Origin: a candidate division WWE3 bacterium
GTDB lineage: Bacteria; Patescibacteriota; WWE3; JAUXAW01
DNA length: 64,000 nucleotides
Direction of reading: 5' to 3'
NCBI GenBank assembly: GCA_030619715.1
Contig: JAUXAW010000002.1
Coordinates: 1,221 to 65,220 of the forward strand
The position numbers were made by a program, and so were the translations under genes. Position 1 is the first letter of the stretch. Each line of letters starts with the position of its first letter. The notes beneath the pieces were generated by a model. The model worked only from the letters and a program-made list of their open reading frames with translations, searched no databases and had not been told where the DNA came from. Shown here piece after piece: positions 59,758 through 64,000 of the stretch.

Positions 59758-59927
59758 TGAGAGAACACTGCGAGTCTGAGGAGTAGACCACCATCACGGG
59801 GGCGGTGGTCTAGATTGAGAAGGAGGTTCGAATCCTCCCTTGACAAGCCTGCTGACGGTTTGAAAACGCGAAAAAAACTTCAGACCCGAGGCAGGCTTTT
59901 ATCTTTAGAAAATTGTGGCGCGCGGTA

Positions 59928-60017
59928 AGAACCTGCTCGCTACGCTCGCAGAACCTTGCATTTGAGCATAGCCTCCGCTTCGCTACGACTATTAGCTCAA
60001 AAGTGAATTGCGCTATT
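59928..60017. repeat. Dispersed structured repeat element, copy 2
   Basis: Matches 812-948 but carries a different internal insertion. Confidence 0.75.
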
Positions 60018-60021
60018 ACCG

Positions 60022-60621
60022 CTACCGTAGGACGGCGAGAGTACTTTGGAGGACGAAATAGAGGCCGACGAGGACTCCGGAGACGCGGGCCAATTTTTGC
60101 ATCCAGGCAAATCTGGTGAAGACACCCAGCAAAGCCGCGGGAACGATATAAACGCTGGTGCCGAGGAAGAACATCAGGAAATATAAAACGGCGGCGAAGG
60201 CCCCTTGCAAGTTGAAAACGTAAGTTAGGGAAGCCAGAAACGGGGGACAGATGTTGACGCCGGTTAGGAATCCCAAAAGAAATATCCATTTAATTTTTTG
60301 GAAGGGGAGAAAGCTGCAGAATTTTTTGTCAATTGTGCCCAAGGAATAAAGAATCATCAAAAGCCCGGTCCAGATATTGCCGAGAGCAACGATTTGGTGA
60401 ATAGTGACACTGGTGACTTGTTCTCCCAACCAGCCGAGGGCAAGCCCAAAAGTGAGATAGCCCAAAAGTCTTCCCAGAGAAAATTCAAGAATAACTCTTA
60501 AACTCGATTTTGGTGTCCGGCTTTGGGACAAAAGGTAGGGGACAACAATCGGTAGGCAGAGACCGAGGCAGTAGACGCCGACGGAGAGACCAGCTAAAAA
60601 GCCTGCTGTAAGGGTTTCCAT
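60022..60621 (-). CDS. DsbD_2 / sulfite exporter TauE-like membrane protein
   Basis: YCLGLC, GRLLGY, GVNICPP and FFLGT motifs. Confidence 0.8.
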   Translation of the reverse strand: METLTAGFLAGLSVGVYCLGLCLPIVVPYLLSQSRTPKSSLRVILEFSLGRLLGYLTFGLALGWLGEQVTSVTIHQIVALGNIWTGLLMILYSLGTIDKKFCSFLPFQKIKWIFLLGFLTGVNICPPFLASLTYVFNLQGAFAAVLYFLMFFLGTSVYIVPAALLGVFTRFAWMQKLARVSGVLVGLYFVLQSTLAVLR

Positions 60622-60711
60622 GACACCTTTATTCTACCACGCGTTTTTTAGGATAAGTAAAGACAGTAACTCAGTGAAGACAGTAAAGACAAAAGAGTGT
60701 GGTAAAATCGG

Positions 60712-61185
60712 ATGGTAATGAAAATTTATCTGATTCGGCATGCGGAGGAGGGGGAGGGTGGGGGAGTCTCTGACTTGGGTCGGAGGCAATCGGAAGCGTT
60801 AGGGCGGTGGCTCAAAGAAAAAAATATCGTTGCTCTTTATTCCAGCGACCGAGCGCGGGCTTCGGAAACGGCGGCGGTCGTCGGTCCGATTCTTAAACTT
60901 TCGTCGCAAATTATTCCCAATTTTGAAGAAGTTCGTGAGCTGAAACCTCTGGAATCAATTGTGGAAGCTCAGGACCGGGCCCAAGCGGGTCTCAAATTTG
61001 CCATTGATAAAAATCCCGGCAGAAATATTGCCATTGTGGCCCACTCCAAGTTAATCCGTCAGCTTTTGGACAAATTGGATTTGCGGGAATTTGTTGAAGG
61101 CGAAGATTTGCCCAACACCGGTATTGTTGCCCTCAACTACCAAGACGGAAAATTTAAGTTGCTCGATTACGCAATTGTTCCATGA
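60712..61185 (+). CDS. Histidine phosphatase family protein
   Basis: LIRHAE, SSD..RA.ETA and VAH motifs. Confidence 0.9.
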   Translation: MVMKIYLIRHAEEGEGGGVSDLGRRQSEALGRWLKEKNIVALYSSDRARASETAAVVGPILKLSSQIIPNFEEVRELKPLESIVEAQDRAQAGLKFAIDKNPGRNIAIVAHSKLIRQLLDKLDLREFVEGEDLPNTGIVALNYQDGKFKLLDYAIVP

Positions 61186-61949
61186 GTTTTCCGCTGGCAA
61201 TTTTTTTGGGTCTGGTTCAAGGTCTAACCGAATTTTTACCCGTTTCCTCTTCGGGGCATTTGGTTTTGATGCAGAAGATTTTGGGGATTAACGCGCTACC
61301 AGTTTTCTTTATGGCAATGGTTCATCTGGGGACGTTGGGAGCGGTTTTGCTTTTTTTCCGGAAGGAGTTGGTTAGGGAGTTTAGAGACCCGCCAGAGGCG
61401 GGTAAGTTGTTAAAAAGAGTCGTGATCGGGAGTGTGCCGGTGGTTTTGGTGGGCTGTGTAGCCCAGCAATTTGTCAAAGCAATTTTTGGGAATTTGGTTT
61501 TGGTGGGGTTGGGTTTTTTGGTAACCGCTGCACTTTTGTTCTGGAGCAAGAGATTGGCTTTAGGTCAAAAGAGATTTCAGGATCTTACGAATCTTCAGAC
61601 TCTCACCATCGGTTTGTTTCAGGCGGTGGCCGTTTTCCCCGGGATCTCCCGGTCGGGGGCGACGATCGTTGGTGGGCTCTCGCAAAAACTTGATCGTGAA
61701 TCAGCTTTTAAATTTTCTTTTTATCTTTCGATTCCAGCCATCATCGGAGCCAATGTTTTGCAACTTAAAAATTTACCCAACTTGACTTTTTTGCCGCAGA
61801 GTTTGGTGGGAATGGTTGCCGCCTTCGTCGTCGGCTATTTCGCCCTCAAACTTTTGCAAAAAGTTCTGATCGCCGGAAAGCTTTACTGTTTCTCTGGTTA
61901 TTGCCTTTTGATTGGAGCGATCTCTCTTGCTTTTTCTGTAAAATTATAG
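61182..61949 (+). CDS. uppP: Undecaprenyl-diphosphate phosphatase
   Basis: QGLTEFLPVSSSGHL, PGISRSGAT and FSFYLSIP motifs. Confidence 0.96.
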   Translation: MSFPLAIFLGLVQGLTEFLPVSSSGHLVLMQKILGINALPVFFMAMVHLGTLGAVLLFFRKELVREFRDPPEAGKLLKRVVIGSVPVVLVGCVAQQFVKAIFGNLVLVGLGFLVTAALLFWSKRLALGQKRFQDLTNLQTLTIGLFQAVAVFPGISRSGATIVGGLSQKLDRESAFKFSFYLSIPAIIGANVLQLKNLPNLTFLPQSLVGMVAAFVVGYFALKLLQKVLIAGKLYCFSGYCLLIGAISLAFSVKL

Positions 61950-62019
61950 TATTGTTTATGTAACGCGGCTACGGGGCGTTTCATCAGTGATTTGAGAGGG
62001 AAGTGAGAAGGGAGGGAAA

Positions 62020-62229
62020 ATGTCAAACAAAGTGATGTGGCTCTTCATCATAGTCATCGTGGTCTTGCTGATATCCATGGCGGTTGGAATACGTCGCTTG
62101 GAGAAGCTGGACGCGGCGGACTATGAGGAGATCGAGCAAAAGCTGGGGGAGGAAGATCTCCAGGGGGCGTTTGAGATTCTGACACGAATCGTCAAGCGCC
62201 ATCACAGCGGGGGGCCGCTTCCTTGGTAG
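62020..62229 (+). CDS. Small membrane protein
   Basis: GGAGG RBS; one TM helix; hairpin gccggagg/cctccggc downstream. Confidence 0.65.
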   Translation: MSNKVMWLFIIVIVVLLISMAVGIRRLEKLDAADYEEIEQKLGEEDLQGAFEILTRIVKRHHSGGPLPW

Positions 62230-62369
62230 AAGCTCGATTGCCGAAAGCCGGAGGATTCACTACGAGCCCTCCGGCTCTTTCTTTTTGATGGTTGCTTAGC
62301 GAGCGCAGCGAGTGGTTGCCCCCCAGACCCTTTTTTTGGTTTTTGGCTTAAACTTGGTAAAATGGGAAT

Positions 62370-63107
62370 ATGCGATGGGGAATTTTGGCGATTGGTTTTA
62401 TTGCATTTTTAATTTTAGCAGGAGTATCAGCGATGTTTGAGCCAGAGCCGCAACCACCCTTCGATAAGCTCAGGGCAAGCTCAAGTGCGATTCCGCTTCC
62501 CGCGCCAAAGACGAGAGGGGAAATGTCTTTGGAGGAGGCAATCCAAAAAAGAAGGTCAAAAAGAGAATTTTTGGACAAGCCTCTGACTTTGGAGCAGGTT
62601 TCTCAAATTCTCTGGGTGGCTCAGGGGATTACTGATGAGCAAAGCGGTTACCGAGCCGCTCCATCGGCGGGGGCTTTGTATCCTCTGGAAGTTTATCTGG
62701 TTGTTGGTGAGGGTGGTGTGGATCCGCCTCTGGCGGATGGCGCGGGGGTCTATCACTACCTTCCCGAGAACCATTCTTTGGAAAAACTTTTGGAGGGGGA
62801 TGTGCGGCAGGATTTAATGCGAGCAAGTCTTGGTCAGAGTTTCATCGCCGATGCTCCTGTTGATTTGGTCATCGCCGCCGAGTATGAGAGAACGACGGGG
62901 AAGTATGGCGAGCGCGGCATCCGCTATGTTCACATGGAGGTTGGCCACGCGGCGCAGAACGTCTACTTACAGGTGACCGCTTTAGGATTGGGAACCGTTA
63001 CCATCGGCGCCTTCGACGACGAGGAGGTTGCCAGAGTTTTGCATCTTCCCTCAGAGCACGAACCTTTATGTGTGATGCCAGTTGGACATCTCAAAAATGA
63101 AAATTGA
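62370..63107 (+). CDS. SagB/ThcOx family nitroreductase-like dehydrogenase
   Basis: RRS.REF, R.APSAGALYPLEVY and E.GH.AQN motifs; N-terminal TM helix. Confidence 0.92.
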   Translation: MRWGILAIGFIAFLILAGVSAMFEPEPQPPFDKLRASSSAIPLPAPKTRGEMSLEEAIQKRRSKREFLDKPLTLEQVSQILWVAQGITDEQSGYRAAPSAGALYPLEVYLVVGEGGVDPPLADGAGVYHYLPENHSLEKLLEGDVRQDLMRASLGQSFIADAPVDLVIAAEYERTTGKYGERGIRYVHMEVGHAAQNVYLQVTALGLGTVTIGAFDDEEVARVLHLPSEHEPLCVMPVGHLKNEN

Positions 63108-63435
63108 TTCCTATCGTTTTGGACAGATTGTAATTGACGGCAAAGTTTACGAGCACGATGTGGTTTTGGCGGGCAAAGAGGTCAGGCGTTGGGTCAGGAA
63201 AGAATCTCATCATGTTTTCTGGGAGGATGTTGAAGGCCTGTTAGACCTTAAGCCGGAGGTTGTTATTTTCGGCACCGGGGCGATGGGGGTGATGAATGTT
63301 CCACCGGAGGTCGTCTCAAGGCTTCAAGAGCAAGGTATTGAGGTTATTGTCGAGCGAACGGGGAAGGCTTGTGAAGTTTATAATGAGATTTCAAAGGAGA
63401 AAAAGGTTGTAGCAGTGTTGCATTTGACGTGTTGA
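63097..63435 (+). CDS. Mth938-like domain protein
   Basis: IDSYRFG, GTG..G, T..AC..YN and HLTC motifs. Confidence 0.9.
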   Translation: MKIDSYRFGQIVIDGKVYEHDVVLAGKEVRRWVRKESHHVFWEDVEGLLDLKPEVVIFGTGAMGVMNVPPEVVSRLQEQGIEVIVERTGKACEVYNEISKEKKVVAVLHLTC

Positions 63436-63461
63436 AAAGTGTGATATAATATGTTTCGCTC

Positions 63462-63537
63462 GGGCCGTTAGCTCAGTTGGAAGAGCGTTTGCATGGCATG
63501 CAAGAGGTCAGGAGTTCAAGTCTCCTACGGTCCACCA
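63462..63537 (+). tRNA. tRNA-Ala(GGC)
   Basis: ttgc-at-GGC-at-gcaa; G3-U70 pair; CCA; TATAAT upstream. Confidence 0.95.
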
Positions 63538-63616
63538 TTTATAGGGGCTAAAGATCCGGCGGATTCATCTCCCTCGTTCTTCAGCCAAAAGATTTTTCGA
63601 CGGGAGGTGAATCAAG

Positions 63617-63895
63617 GTGCCTTTTGAGGATAAAAATAAAGTTTGTGAGGACTGCGGTGCGGAGTTTGTTTTCACCGCTTCCGAGCAAGAATTTTACCAG
63701 GAGCGCGGGTTCGAAAACGAACCCAAGCGTTGCCCCGATTGCCGCGCCAAGCGCAAGGAGGAGCGGCGGTCACAGAGAGTGGAAACCCCGATCGTTTGCA
63801 GCGAGTGTGGGAAGGAGGACACGGTTCCTTTTGTCCCGACCGCCGGTCGGCCGGTTCTCTGCCGCGAGTGTTTTGCCAAGGCGAAGACGGCGTAA
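63617..63895 (+). CDS. Zinc-ribbon CxxC-x17-CxxC domain protein
   Basis: C.DCG.EF.FT.SEQ.FY...PKRCP.CR and CSECG...VPF.P..GRPV.CRECF. Confidence 0.92.
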   Translation: MPFEDKNKVCEDCGAEFVFTASEQEFYQERGFENEPKRCPDCRAKRKEERRSQRVETPIVCSECGKEDTVPFVPTAGRPVLCRECFAKAKTA

Positions 63896-63932
63896 CGGTA
63901 ATTGATAACTAGTTATCAGTGACTGGTATAAA

Positions 63933-63962
63933 ACAAAAGCCCGAAGTACTTCGGGCTTTTGT
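63933..63962 (+). terminator. Rho-independent terminator
   Basis: acaaaagcccgaag-ta-cttcgggcttttgt. Confidence 0.85.
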
Positions 63963-64000
63963 CGTTCTGTTGTATAATGAATCTTGAGATGATTCGGAAT

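Overview
This window looks like part of a Patescibacteria (CPR) chromosome using genetic code 11; the taxonomy is inferred from gene content. 1-20 kb is a cell-surface locus: PrgI, a VirB6/TrbL-like membrane protein, three VirB2-like pilins, an M23 peptidase, a lytic-transglycosylase-like protein, SpoIID and GT-C-type membrane proteins. Two four-helix-bundle genes flanked by short repeats interrupt it. 20-29 kb holds smpB, comF, six Ser/Arg tRNAs interleaved with ASCH-like, exonuclease and HhH genes, then dnaG and rpoD. The most striking region is 28.8-41.4 kb. There a small GIY-YIG nuclease gene is wedged between a duplicated 5' half of tRNA-Asn and an intact tRNA-Asn(GTT). About 12 kb of co-oriented cargo genes follow, divided into about seven units by repeated junctions. 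Each junction has a variable left arm that reads on the minus strand as a W-L-x-x-V-x-x-V-R-T-like peptide, a copy of the tRNA 3' end (GGAGCCA), and a right arm with a terminator and promoter drawn from a few recurring types. No recombinase is present in the window, so the region looks like an integron-like cassette array anchored at a tRNA. 41-64 kb contains surface proteins, an ABC exporter, an RRM protein, an FBP aldolase/phosphatase lacking the aldolase Tyr, a radical SAM gene, a membrane-anchored AmmeMemoRadiSam cluster, uppP and tRNA-Ala. Short REP-like palindromes are scattered throughout, many inside coding sequences. All calls were made by eye, with no database searches.
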